64,000 nt of DNA, from contig NC_081359.1 in NCBI RefSeq assembly GCF_030684315.1, positions 36,900,470 through 36,964,469 of the forward strand, in the 5' to 3' direction. This document shows, piece by piece, positions 1 through 12,928 of the stretch. Positions within the stretch are counted from its first letter, which is position 1; every line of letters begins with the position of its first letter. A program made the position numbers and the translations under genes. A model generated the notes under the pieces. That model had not been told where the DNA came from. It made no database searches and worked only from the letters and a program-made list of their open reading frames with translations. This stretch comes from Stegostoma tigrinum. Lineage: Eukaryota.

Positions 1-389
1 ATATGCGAAAAGGCTGGAGATGACTACTAGATAATAGAACCAGCATAGCCATAACGGGGTTAATGGGCTCTTTCTACATCATAATGTTTCTACGAATCTG
101 AGTGTATGACATGTTTCAGACACACGCAAAGCCCCCTAACACACCCAGTTATAGTCTGCATTGCAAGGGGCTGAAGTGAAATTTCTCTAGTTTGAACATG
201 TCTGAATTCTTGAAGCATTGGCACCGATCTCATTATGGGACATTAATTTGTGGCAAATAATCTGAGTGACCATTTATTCTTTGCATTACAGGCACTTAAT
301 GCATCACATGCTTGAAACCTCCTAAATTATTCTACAAATTTAGCAAGTAAAACAATTTTTCTCCAAGGATCCCCATGGATTAGAAAGTA

Positions 390-700
390 GAGCATAGAAC
401 AACACAGCACAGAAACAGGTCCTTTGGCCCACAATATTGTGCTGAACATGACGCCCAATTAAACTAATCTCTTCTGCCTGCCCTTGGTTCATATCCCCAC
501 ATTTGTTGCATATTCATGTGCTTATCTAAAGGTATCTTAAATGTCCCTATCATATCTACCTCTACCACCACCGTGGCAAAGCATTTCACACTCTTACAAT
601 CTCTGAATAAAACACTTGCCCCTCACTCCTCCTTTGGACATTCCCCTCTCACCTTAAATGCATGCCCCCAAGATTTAGACAGTTGGGAACAAACATAAGC
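390..700 (-). mobile_element. CR1/HER1-type LINE 3' end fragment
   Basis: Starts with a (catagaac)-type tail, then cacagcacagaaacaggtcctttggcccacaat and ctctaccaccacc/ctcaccttaaatgcatgcccc. The same architecture recurs at 29596 and 62655. Confidence 0.7.
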
Positions 701-1367
701 CTCCTGATCAAGAAGCCAAAGGCAGAGAGATGAACAGGTTTGTTAATCTTGTGTCAGTTATAGAGAAAATGTTCATTCTTTTTTAAAGATGCGATAGCAG
801 GAGACATAAAAATTCATTACGTTATTGTGCAAAGTCAACATATGTTGATGAAATCTGGGACATTGCGCTAGACAAATCGTTTGGAGCTTTATGCACTTGT
901 AACCGGCAAGATGGATAAAGGTGAGCAAGGTGATCAAAGATCTAGTCTCAGATATAGAGGGAATGATTAAACTATTTACAGATGTGGGTGGCACTGGCTA
1001 AGCCAACATTTATTGTCCACCCTTACAGCATCTCAGGACTTCTCACTTGCTCTCTTAACATTCACTCACTGAAGTCCTTACTTCAATTTTCACAACCTTG
1101 CCTTGTCTTTTGACACTTTGACGCCTGATCCAGAGCTTAAAGGCTTATTCTATTTCTGTCTTGCCTTGCCATTCACCACGGTGGCAAAAGCAAACAGCTG
1201 TTATATTTGTCAGCAATCATCAGCCAAGGAGATATGTTATAATCATGTCCACAGAATAAATAACAACTTACACAGTAGACACACTGCATTCAACCAAATA
1301 TTTCCAAGTTTCAGCGGAGTAGCTCTCAATTTTGTCAAGTAGGCCTCCCACAAACACAGGGTACTTA

Positions 1368-1492
1368 AGAAGAGTCATTTTGGACAGGAAACATCAACAT
1401 TGTTTCATTTTCCCCAGTTGGTGCCAGACCTGCTGAGTTTCCCCGGCATTCTTTCTTTGTTTCAGATTTGCAGCATCTGCAATATTTTGCCT
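1368..1492 (+). mobile_element. Old PLE 3'-end (pLTR) fragment with degenerate hammerhead, family C
   Basis: gaagagtcattttggacaggaaacatcaac...gccagacctgctgagttt...tttcagatttgcagcatctgcaatattttgc matches the arms at 47990-48234 and 62910-63011. Confidence 0.55.
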
Positions 1493-2084
1493 TTTTATAA
1501 GGAGGCCTGCTGCCAGTGAGGGTTGCCTGGTACAGTAGGACTAGGGAATCATTTGATCTCTGTCAAAGGGGCTTGGACACAGTCTATCAATAACTTGGGT
1601 CAGAAGTGGGAAAGGGGTGGCAATCACTCCAATCCTGGGTGTGAGCCATGCTCAATCCTGCAGATCCAGTGCAAACAGATAGGGAATTGGCAGTTCTTCA
1701 GTTGGGGAGATGCCTATGCACCAGTCAAGAGCCCGGTCAATCAGTAGTTGAGGCTGTCCATCCAGGTTTGTTGAGGGGTGTACGATAGTCATTCCTAGAG
1801 ATCAGCTGAATGTAAATCAAGAGGGATTCCCAGGGGACAGTACTGTAGTAGGGCAGTTGTGAAACTCATTTCTGAGGATTAGAGGCAACCATTAAGGATG
1901 CAGACGAGACACAAATGATGAAAGGACACCTGTGTTTGCTTCCATATTTGGTTGACTCTTGAGTACATACTGCAAATAAGAAATGGCTGCCTCCCTGCCT
2001 GACGTGGGCATAGTCAGTTTTCTCTTTCTGGCTGAGCATGTGGTCTCCACTTCTTAGTGACATGAGCCCCTTCAAATTACAATA

Positions 2085-3101
2085 AAAGTGGAGCTGACAA
2101 AGCATAGCTGGTCAGACAGTATCTGAGGAGCAAGAAAGTCAACATTTGAGGATGAAACTGGATCGGGCAGGGGGACGGGAGCCCAGAGATAAATAGAGGG
2201 AGGTGGGTGGGGTTGGGGAACAGTAGGTGAGGTGGAGATAAGTGGATGTAAGTAGGCCATTATTATAGTTGGTCAGTGGGTAGGGTGGAGTAAATAAGTG
2301 AGTTAGAAGATGGACTGGTGGGGGAAGGAGAGATTTTGAAGTTGGTGAAGTCAATAATCATTGGGCTGTAAACTCCTAAGGCTTTGTTCCTCCAGTTTAC
2401 ATTTGGCCTCATGCTGACAGTGGAGGAGGCCCAGGCTGGACATGTCACAAGGGGAGTGGGAAGGTTGATGGCAACCAGAAGGTGGTGTTGATTGGTCTGT
2501 GCAGTGCACAGATGCTCCTCAAACTGGTCCCCGAGTCTGTGATTGGTCCCCACGATATAGAGGAGATCACATTAGAAGCAATGAGTACAGTAGATGAGGT
2601 TTACTGAGGTGCAGGTGAATCTCTGCTGAATTTGGAAGGATTGTTTGAGGCTTTGGATGGAGGTGAGAGGAGCAGGTATAGCGCCTCCTGCAGCTGCAGA
2701 GAAGAATCTGGGTATTGTGGAAGGGTTAGTTGGGAGTGTGGAGCTGACGATGGAGTTGTGGAGTGAATGGTCCCTGCTGAAAGTGGACAGGGTTGAGGAG
2801 GAAGAGAGATAGTAGGAACTGCAGATGCTGGAGAATCTGAGATAACAAGGTTTAGAGCTGGATGAACACAACAGGCCAAGCAGCAGCAGAGGAGCAGGAA
2901 AGCTGATATTTCAGGCCTAGAATGACAGCTTTCCTGCTCCTCTGATGCTGCTTGGCCTGCTGTGTTCATCTAGCTCTACACCTTGTTATCTAGGGTTTGA
3001 GGAGGGAAATATCTTTTTGGTGGTGGGGTCTAATTGTTAGTGGTGGAAATGTCGGAGGATGATGCATTATGTTTGGAGGTTGGTGGGGTGGTGCGTGAGG
3101 G
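2085..3101 (-). mobile_element. Decayed Penelope-like element (GIY-YIG region and 3' end), interrupted at 2804-2991
   Basis: Minus-strand ORF fragments RDHSLHNSIVSSTLPTNP, QRFTCTSVNLIYCTHC and RLGDQFEEHLC are homologous to the intact PLE ORF at 26204-27568. Confidence 0.85.
2804..2991. mobile_element. Miniature fold-back PLE 3'-end insertion
   Basis: Minus arm 2804-2920 (with tail) is joined to plus arm 2921-2991 (no tail). Flanked by agggttgaggaggaa (2789-2803) and agggtttgaggagggaa (2992-3008). Confidence 0.8.
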
Positions 3102-3959
3102 CCTCACATATATGTGACTACAATACATCAAATCAAATCATTGACTGTAAGATTATTGCTGCTTGTATGACAAGTGGCAATTTCAATTACAAAAGGCAAA
3201 TGCAGTTTTTTTTAACTTTTGTTTACTTTAGTTACTCCTGAATTAAAGTGAATGCTTTGAAGCTATTAATGGATATCTAATATATGATGATCCCACATTG
3301 AACATAAACAAGATGCTGAGCTACACTGGGACTTGGAAAAGGATGCAAATTACTTTGACTAAGATGGGATGTTGCGAAGGAAGGACATACTGTGAGACTT
3401 AATCTTAAAGAATCATAAATATAAGTCTATGAAATTGTACGTAGTCCCAGCCATGCCACCAATGTGCCTTGAGAAATGACCATTTGTGGTTGTTGTCCCA
3501 CTAAGTGCACAGTGAAGGGCAACCCTAGATTGCTAGTTCTTTGCTGGATGCTTGGCATAAATTCAAATATAAAACTGTCATCCTGAGATACTGGCAGTCA
3601 AAAGAATGTCTATTCACAATGAGCAGGGGAATACTATGGGAGACGTGCAGTATAGATGTGGTACATAGAAAATGAGGCACGTTTCAGAAAATAAAACAAG
3701 AAAACTCTTTAGGTCTCAAGGATAGAAACCTTTCAAAATGCATCACTTAACACTTGTCTGGATTAAACTCTGCCCAACTTTCCAACTGATCCATATCCTG
3801 CTGTATCCTTTGATAACCTTTCTCATTGCCCACAACTCCACTAACTTTTGTATTGAAAGTTTATGCTAGAGACAAAACAATGTCACTTCATCTATTAACC
3901 GTTTTATGGTAGTCCCAATAATTCACAAAATAGTAATGGTTTGTAAGAATATTTTGAAG

Positions 3960-5345
3960 TGGGGAAAACAGCCCATCACATTTTTCTCCCTTGCTGGAAA
4001 TGGTAACTGCCTAGCACCAGTTTGCCATAAATGCCAGCCTGCACCTAGCAGCCCAAGTCTGGATGGTGTCCAGATGTTGCCGCACACAGATACAGACTGA
4101 CCCAGTGTCTGAGAAGCCACAAATGGCATTGAGCGACATACTGTTACCAGTGACCAGTGACCAGTTATCCCACCTCTGACGGCGTGATGGAGGGAAGGCC
4201 TCAATGAAACAGATTGTTGCGCCCAGGACATCACACCAAGGAATGGCCACAGAGATGTGCTGGGATCAAAATGGCTGGTCTCTAAAAAACACAACCATCC
4301 TCCTCTTTGTGCTAAGTATGACTCCAAACATATCCCCTTGTTCCTATTGACTCCACTTTTGCTTGGAATCCTTGATGCCTTAGCTGGTTGAATGCTGCCT
4401 TGCTGTTTCGGACAATTATACTCACCTCATGTTGGAAGTTCAGTTCTTTTGATCATGTTTGGACCAAAGCTATAATGAGTTCAAGAGCTAAGCAATCATG
4501 ACAGAACCCAAACTTAGCTTAAGTAAGCAGGTTATTGCTTTGTAAGTGCCACTTGACAGCACTGTTGATTACTTCTTCAATCATTTTATTGATCATTGCG
4601 AATGTACTGATGAAGCAATAATTGACAAAGTCATGTTTTTGTGCAGAACATACCTGGGTAATTTTTGACATTACTGTGTTCATGCCAGTACTGTAGCTTT
4701 ATTACAGCAACTTGATCCTGGGGATGACTAATTCTGGAGCACAAGAACTATTGGTGAAATGTTTTCAGGGGCCATATTCTTTGCAGTGTCAAACATCTTC
4801 AGTAATTTCTTGATATAACATTGAAGTGAATCAATTTGTATGAAGACTGTCTTCATTGATTTTGTGGACCTCAGGATGGAGTTGAGATGGATTAACCACA
4901 CTATACGTCAGACTGAAAATTGTTACAAATACTTCAAAGTTTTTCTTCACAGCTAGCTCCTTTAGCATTTTCCATGTTAAGGGAGACTCCACCTCCTATC
5001 AGTTGTGGAATTGTTTACTGTCATTCTGAATAAAATATGATGGGGCTGAAGTGCTTAAATTTGATCCAGTGGCTGTGGGATAGCTTAGTCCTACCTATTA
5101 TTTCCACTGCTTGGCATTTGGGTAATTATATGTTGTATCTTCAGCAAGTTGAGCTATCAATTTTAGGTTTGCTTGGTGCTAAACCAAACATGCCCTCCAG
5201 TACTCTTCATTAAATCAGGTTTGATCTCCTGTGTTAATGGGCCACAAGGTTGCAGATGTGTTGAATTATGATTCTGCTCCTGCCGATGGCCTAGAGTGGC
5301 TCACAGATGCCCGGTTTTAAGTTGCTAGATCTATTCAAAGTCTAT
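3960..5345 (-). mobile_element. Old CR1-like LINE ORF2 remnant
   Basis: The minus strand gives degenerate RT motifs (PWCDVLGATIC resembling PQGSVLGPTIF; QHLDTIQTWA) and a PISL..I.KV.E..V.SA-like segment near 4540-4620. Confidence 0.6.
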
Positions 5346-5973
5346 TCCATTTGTCCGTTTTTAAATTCAAATCACAGATTAAAGCCCAGGAGTTGAAATT
5401 TCACCTGCTTTTATGATCAAACAAGTTTATTGCCAAATTACACAACAGCTAATCTGTTACTGGTCCATTTTCGTATAAAATAAAAACATTGGGCAAGTAT
5501 TTAGGATTGAACTGACTTTATTTTCTGTCACCTAATCATATCTTAAGCATGACCCAAGACACTTCAAGCATAACCAAACCCAATTCATAATTTATAAACT
5601 GCTTCTGCAGTGTAGTTATTGTTATGTGGACAGATACAGCATTTATTAAAGTAAGTTATTTCGAAAACATTATAGCAAATGATCTACTCAAGCAGTCATA
5701 ACCACAACCATTCAAAGCTGCAAACTTTATTGAAATTTGCTATTTTCTAACAATTTATTTTCCCTCAACTACTATTCCTATTGCTGGTAGTTTCTACAAA
5801 CAAAAGACAAATTGATTGAATAGAACATGTACATGGCGGCCACAGATCATATCGCGAATCTAGATTTCAGTCGCATCATTCAGTTTTTGCAGGCTTGTTT
5901 AATTCGAGAGCTTTGCATTGTGATGTTAAAGGTTTCGACTTTCTTTCCATTGCAAAGATGGCCAGGAGTTTCT

Positions 5974-6384
5974 TTGGAAGAGTCTTCACGGTAGAGTTAT
6001 AAGTCACTTGGAGATAGCAAGAACTGAGCAGGAGAGTGGATATTTTGGGCCTAGACCCTTCATCAGGAACCTTGCCCAGTCCTGATGAAGGGTCTAGGCC
6101 AGAAATGTTAACACTCCTGGTCGTCTGATGCTGCCTAACCTACTGTATTCCTCCAACTCTACACTGTATTGACTCTGGCTCCAGCATCTGCAGTTATTGC
6201 TATATTTGAGTGACTTATAACCCAACAGTGAAGGCTCTTCCATGAATGGCCCAGTCCTGAGGAATTATCCAGGCCCTAAATGTTGACCCTCCTGCTCCTC
6301 TAATGCTGCCTGACATGCTGTGTTCCTCCAGCTCCGCACTGTATCAACTCTGATTCCAGCACCTGCAGTTCTTTCTATCTCGCT
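5974..6384. mobile_element. Non-coding composite element of three hammerhead-bearing PLE 3'-end units (retrozyme-like)
   Basis: 16-bp TSD atggccaggagt(t/c)tct at 5958-5973 and 6385-6400. One inverted unit (5976-6068) plus two direct units starting gcccagtcctga at 6074 and 6249. Confidence 0.75.
6082..6110 (+). ncRNA. Minimal hammerhead ribozyme motif (slightly degenerate)
   Basis: CTGATGA-A-GGGTCTAGGCCA-GAAATGTT. Confidence 0.55.
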
Positions 6385-7817
6385 ATGGCCAGGAGTCTCT
6401 CTCACCCTTACCATCTTTTATTGGCATGTGTTGGAAAAACCTCCAGGTTGGTACCCAAATGGTTTGTCCATGTTACCAACTTCTGGGTTAAGACTTCAAC
6501 TAAGAGCTTCTGGTTCATGTAGCTACCTTGGCAAAAGACCTCCTTAAGGAGATATGCAAGGTCAAATAACTTACACCTTGATTTCAAAGCTAAGAGGTAG
6601 AAAATCCCATCAGGGCTGTTTTAATTTGTAGTAATGCAATCGTTATCCATTAAGTTCTTGTCATATGCTATACTGACCATATGGCATCAGAGTAAACCGT
6701 TGATCATTCTGACACAAAATCTAATTGTAATGAATTCAATTCAAAAGTTCTTTTACAGTCAAATGGATCATACTCTAATATTCAGAACTTGGCAATTAAT
6801 CTTTTTAAGAGTCATAATTAGTTGTGAGCTTGACTATCACAACTTATTAATTTAAAGCTTTTTTTAGATTTGGCATGTTTGAACGTTTACAGCATCATAG
6901 CTGTATAGATTCATACTGATAAGAGGTGAGAGAGATATCACTGGAGAAATGCTCTTTTTCCACAAACTCAGTGATTAAAACATTGCAGTCCATTCTATCT
7001 TCTTTGTTCTTTGTCTATATTCAAAAATAATTGGCTGCTGAACAGGTTTTCAACAAAAAGATATTCTTTTTCTCAACTGATCAAACCTGTCTATATCTAC
7101 TCCAGAAAAAAAAATTGAGAAAATATTCATAAATTTTAATACATTTCCTATAGTATTGCTCCCAGTAAATTGAACAATGTGCTGTTTTTTAATGGCGACA
7201 TCGTATACAATGCCTTATTTCAGTCCTAAGTTAGGCCCATATTTAAAATGGTCGATCATTTCAAATGTTGATTACTATAAAAAAACAGTTTGATTGCTTC
7301 GTTGTGAGAGCACTTTGATAACTTGAACGTGCTTCTCAATGACTAGCTGCAGCTCAAAAGCACTCACTGCTTTAATATTGCCTTGCAGTGGCAAAGCATG
7401 ATACCTAGAGCGTGATAATTATGCGCGGTACAATTACTAACCCCAAGTTTCCCTTTTATTTTGTTCAGTGCAATACAATCTGATCAATAATTTAAGACCT
7501 GTAGGCAATGCGTGTATCCATTCAGTTGATGAATAAATTGCAGCCAGACCAACAAATTGACTCTACTGTTAGAACAACACAGTTACCCCAAAGAAAATGC
7601 CTTTGCTACCCAACTATGTTGTCACCTGGACTCAAAACATTACTTGCCGTCTCTCCATGGATACTGCCTGATCCATTGTGATTTCCAGCATTTTTTTTGT
7701 CTTCAATATGCTTTTCATGGGATAGTTTCCAAGATGTGATAAAAGACTTGACAAACAGTAGCCAGTTTTCCATACTTATTTCATCAGGCACCTGGAGTTT
7801 TTTTTTCCTTCGGTACA

Positions 7818-9954
7818 TCATCATCAGGCAGATTCTTTGCTTGCGAAGATCAGTTGGGAAGAGATTCGTCAGCGATTTCGTTGGCACAACTGTTGGTGGC
7901 TGTAGAGTCCTATTCTGGACCTGCAGATCCTGGGGCAGTGCGGGCAGGGGAGTGCTCCGGACAGCAGGGCTTGAGATGAGGGCTTCTTCCTGCGTTTCCG
8001 TCTGTCCTCTGCAGCTGCTCTCCTCGAACATTCGAACTGCTCCGTCACCGTCGTAGTTTTCTTCCGCCATGCGTCCCTGTCAGAGGCCAGCTTTTGCCAT
8101 TCCGTTGAGATGATGCTGGCCTGAGACAGCCGTTGCTTCAGTTGGTCCTTGTAGCGCTTGCGCGGGGCACCGCGGTTTCTTTTGCCGTCGCTGAGTTCCC
8201 CGAAGAACACTGTCTTGGGTATTCTGGTGTTGTCCATCCGCGATACGTGACCCGACCATTGAAGTTGCTTCAGGAGAAGGGTTGCTTCGATGCTGGGGAG
8301 CCGGGCCTTTTCCAGCACTTCGTTGTTAGAGACGCGGTCCTGCCAGGTGATGCCCAATATAGAGCATTCCAGCAGCTGCATCTGTTTCCAATACAGAACC
8401 CAGGCCTCGGAGCCGTAGAGCAGTGTGGTGATGACCGCGGCCTTGTAAACCTGGATTTTCGTCGACATGCTTATCGAGTGGTCTCCCCATTCACGCTTCC
8501 GCAGTCGCCCGAAGGCGCTACTTGCTTTCGCAAGGCGATTGTCGACGTCTCCTGTGACTGTAGCATTGTTGGAGATAATGCTTACCAGGTACGTGAAACG
8601 TTCAACCGTGTTGAGGCAGTGGCCGTCGATCGAGATTCGTGGTGGGTTGTATGCGCTGCATGGTGGTTTCTGGTACAGGATCTCTGTCTTCTTCAGACTG
8701 ATCGTTAGCCCTAAAGCCTTTGCAGCTTTGGAGAAGTGGGTCACTGCAGTCTGTAGCGCATCTTCTGTGTGTGTGAGTAGGGCAGGATGCAGCCGTCCAC
8801 ATACAGCAGCTCCATGATGGGCTCCTGCGTTGTCTTCGTGCGAGCGAGGAAGTGGCGCAGATTGAAGATATTGCTGTCCGGGCGGAAGTGAATGTGGATG
8901 CTGTTCGTGATGCCCTCCTTTGCTTCCTGCAGCATCATGTTGAAGAAGATGGCGAAGAGCGTTGGTGCCAAGATGCAGCCCTGTTTCACGCCATTGCTGA
9001 TGGGGAACGGGTGTGATAGGTCACCGTTGTATTTCACCTTGCCGCCCTGACCTTCATGAAGTTGCTGCAGGATGGTTAAGAACTTAGGAGGGCATCCGAG
9101 CTTCCTCATGATTTTCCATAGACTGTCGTGGCTGACAGTATCAAAGGCTTTGGTGAGGTCAATGAATGCCACGTACAGTCCAACGTTCTGCTCACGGCAT
9201 TTCTCCTGAAGTTGGCATAGTGTGAAGATCATGTCAGATGTGCCTCTGTTCGCTCTAAAACCACATTAACTTTCTGCCAGGTTGTCCTCCGCAATGATGG
9301 GAATCAACCCATCCAAGAGGATTCTGGAGAGAATCTTCCTGGCCGTAGACAGCAGAGTGACACCTCTGTAGTTCGAACAGTCCGATTTCTCACCCTTGTT
9401 CTTATACAGGGAGACTATTACAGAGTCACGTAGATCAGCTGGTACCTCACCCTGTTCCCAACAGAGTGCAAATAGGTTGGTGAGTTCACTCAGGAGTGAA
9501 GCTCCTCCTAATTTGTATACTTCTGCAGGGATTCCGCTGATACTGGGGGGCTTTGTGGAGTTTCAGCTTAGAGATGGCGGATTGAACCTCATCCAGCGTT
9601 GGTAGACGGTCGAGTATGGATCTGATGTCCTGCTGCGGGATTCTCTTGATGGACACAGTTTGTACTTGGCAATTGTCCACGAAGAGGTTCACGTAGTGTT
9701 CTGTCCATCGCTCTATGATGGCTTCTTTGTCAGTAAGCAAACTAGCGCCATCAGCAGATCGCAACGTGGCCTGAAGTTGGCGGGTCAGTCTATACATCGT
9801 GCGCAGAGACTCATAAAAAGCTCTGGTGATGCCAGTGTCTGCATACTGCTGTGTTTGTTCTGCCAGTTTTGACCACCAGTCGTTTTGCATCATTCTGAGG
9901 TTGGCTTGCAGGGTACTGCATGCAGCTCTGTATTCTGCTTTAGCTGCTTTATCG
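7818..9954 (-). mobile_element. RTE-clade LINE, 5'-truncated, frameshifted ORF2
   Basis: ORFs 9486-10055, 8741-9232 and 7869-8744 contain FIDLTKAFDTV, GVKQGCILAPTLF, LLYGSEAW, WSGHVSRM and a C-terminal CPHCPRICRSRIGLYSH zinc finger. The 3' tail is (gat)n. TSD tccttcg(a)gtaca at 7806-7817 and 9955-9967. Confidence 0.93.
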
Positions 9955-12514
9955 TCCTTCGAGTACAGATCCCAGTGAAACTGATGCCCTTTGAAATATG
10001 ACTCCAATGACGTAACAATCAAATGGCACTCAAAGAGCTGAGGGCTTTCTGCCATCTGATGTCAAGCCCTTGATATTTAATTCTGAAGGGAAGAAAAATA
10101 ATAGATGAAATGTTGCCTGGAAAGGGTTTTTTTTTACAGATTTGAAGCCTCTCCAACTGAATGGTTTCTGTTGGGCAAGAAATTCATGTAGTTGTGCTGT
10201 TTTATATGAATAGCAATTTTCTGATGAAGTTGTTCATGTCGTTTACAGTTTACAACTGTAGGACCATTAGATGGTAGATGTTCCTATTTTCCATACCTGA
10301 GAAATATTGGATTCCAAGAAACAAATAAAAGGAATGACATCTAGTATTCCCATTCACTGCCTCTATATATTATCAAAGGATTTCGGGAAGAAATTGCAAC
10401 TCAAATCACTAGACTTCCATCTGGAGTAAATTGCGGCTAAGCAGAAGCATTTTAAAGAACCATGAGCCAATATTCTGGTTACTCTACCTCAGTTTCCACA
10501 GAGGAATTTTACAGACAGTGCATATTGTTATTGTCAAGTGAGAGGGAGGAATCAGCTCCCCCTTTTTAACCCCTCTTGATTGATTACAACAATCTTTTTT
10601 CCGTTTCAATATGCAGCAATCACACTTCAGTTGAAAAAAGAATATAATTAACAAGATCATAATGAAAATGCCAATTGTAAAGTTTTCTTGTAGGAAAGAA
10701 AGCGGAATTCTTCATACCTAACCCTGAAAAAGGCTAATGAGTGTAACATCAAACACATCCAAAAACACAGGCAATAGTTTTAAAATGGGAAAAGTGTTTG
10801 GTGCAGTCAGCAAACATAAAGACTGTGTAGTTTGAAGTTCTTTGCAGTCCTTGAGGTGCTAGATTTTTAATTTGAGACCACAATTGTTTAATTACTAATT
10901 GATATTCTCAGTGCTGACAACATTTGTAAATATTTCTCAGTAACTAGTCGCTGCTCAATTTGCTTTTTTATTGTTTTCATTGTGCTGACAGAAACAGGCA
11001 GGGAGACAAAGAGTCTTTCAATCCTTGCTGTTACCAATCCATGTTATTTTTGTCCTCTGCTGCTCAAAGCAATGGATTCTTGAGAATAACATCATTGCCT
11101 CTGCAAGCTGAATACTCAACAGGCAAATTTCACGTATTAGACAGGAAATGTTCATGGAAATGTGAATTGAAATAAAAATGCAAATTTGTCAGTGCTAACT
11201 TCATTGCTTGCTTGCAGAGTGTTTGAAAATAATGGTAATTTCACTGTAGGATGTTTTGCTTATTGTAAATGGGGTTCGTGGACTTGCTTGATTAAGACAG
11301 CCATTTTAGGTTAATATTGTCCTTTTCTAAAACCACTATTCTGTCCAGTAAATGTCTTAGGTATAAGAATCAGATGATCAAATTTGAAATTCAACAGTCA
11401 ATATCTACTACTATCATAACAAGATGAAAGCAGAGAGGTATGCAAAGGTATGATGGTTAATGCAGTGTTTTCCTGCCCATAGGAGTTATCCACATTAGAG
11501 TGGGCAGATAAGGGAGCAGCAAAGTTGCATACTCCCAGGCCTATTGAGGCCCTTAAATGGTGAAATAAAGGCCAATAGTTGAGGGCTTACTACGGAGCTC
11601 AGTAGCAATATCAGCTCTCACAGCAATTGGTAAAGGGAAATATTCAGAACAGCGTAAAATGTATTCAATCAGCCTTTTTTCAAAATGTGACTCAGCTTAA
11701 CTAGCACTTCTACATAACATCTTCATCAAGCGTTAATAGGTATGCTGTTCCAAATTCAAATTTCCCCAAGTCTATTGTGCTGATCGAGCATAAATGACGT
11801 TGGCATTGACTGGACTTAATAACTTTATATATTTGAGATATTCTGAATTCTTTGTAGAGCTGATGAGAGTTGAGACCCTCTTGGAAACATTAATGGCCTG
11901 AGGAATATGCAACACCATAAATGCACAAGTGAAATCAAAAATCAATTTGCTGAACATCATTCTTGTAGAAACTCAAATTGTCCACATCAAATCTGATTAT
12001 GCCTAGGTACTGCAAGAACATTTGAAACTCGTAGATTCATTCACATCCATTAACCAAATGCCAAAAGATGCTTACAAAGCTGTAAATGATGAGGCTTCTA
12101 CTTTCAAACAGCTTAAAGCTGACAAAACAAAACAATAGTATATATCTGCAGAAAGAACAATGACTAATCAGAGTTTGGCACCAAGCAATTTTCTTTCCGC
12201 GGTTTCTGAATTGCATTGTAATTCAGATTGCATATGCAGGGAGTGTGTTAGTTTGCTTCAATTTCAAAGTATTACTGCTTGTGTAATTTTGATCTTAGAA
12301 TGAAAGATGATTTGTTGATATTCAGTTACCTAATGGAGAAAATGTAGGTTTTTTTTATCATACATAACTCTGCTGCTTACTGTTTACTATCTAATCGAGA
12401 AATATAATTTATTTGTTTGTTCCATTTCTGCAAAGCCGGTACAGTTCAAAGGAATTTAATGACTGCAAGCTTAGTATTTTTAACAGTCGTACTAAACAAA
12501 CATTTTTGGGTATG

Positions 12515-12630
12515 CATTGAACTGAGACTCTGTCTGTGTTTTTAGTTGGATGCAAAAGATCATATGACACTATTTAAAGAAAGTCAATGATTCCTTCTTG
12601 ACCACTATTTAGACCTCAATAAATATCATT
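12515..12630 (+). mobile_element. Deu-core SINE fragment (SacSINE1/AmnSINE-like)
   Basis: ttgaactgagactctgtctg...ggatgcaaaagatcatatgacactattt resembles the Deu domain. Similar copies lie at 25200 and 49130. Confidence 0.5.
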
Positions 12631-12637
12631 TAAATAG

Positions 12638-12928
12638 GTAAGGAACATAGGAGCAAGAGTAGACTATTTATCCTTGTGGGCCTGTTCACCCATGTTAGAT
12701 CATGGCTGTTCATCTTCCTCAATGCCATCTTCATGGCCCATACTTATTCCCTTGATGTCATCAGTATCTAGATACCTATTGATCTGTGTCATTAATTTAT
12801 CCCACAATTGAACTTCTTCAACCCTCATGGGTAGAGAATTCCAATGATCCACCAACCTATGAGTGAAGAAGCTCCTCTTCATTCTCATCTTAAATGGCTT
12901 GTCTTTATTCGTCACCATTGTCCCCTGA
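12638..12928 (-). mobile_element. CR1-type LINE 3' end
   Basis: ORF 12700-12918 RSFFTHRLVDHWNSLPMRVEE...NRYLD is the CR1 ORF2 C-terminus. It is followed by the 3' tail. Confidence 0.8.
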
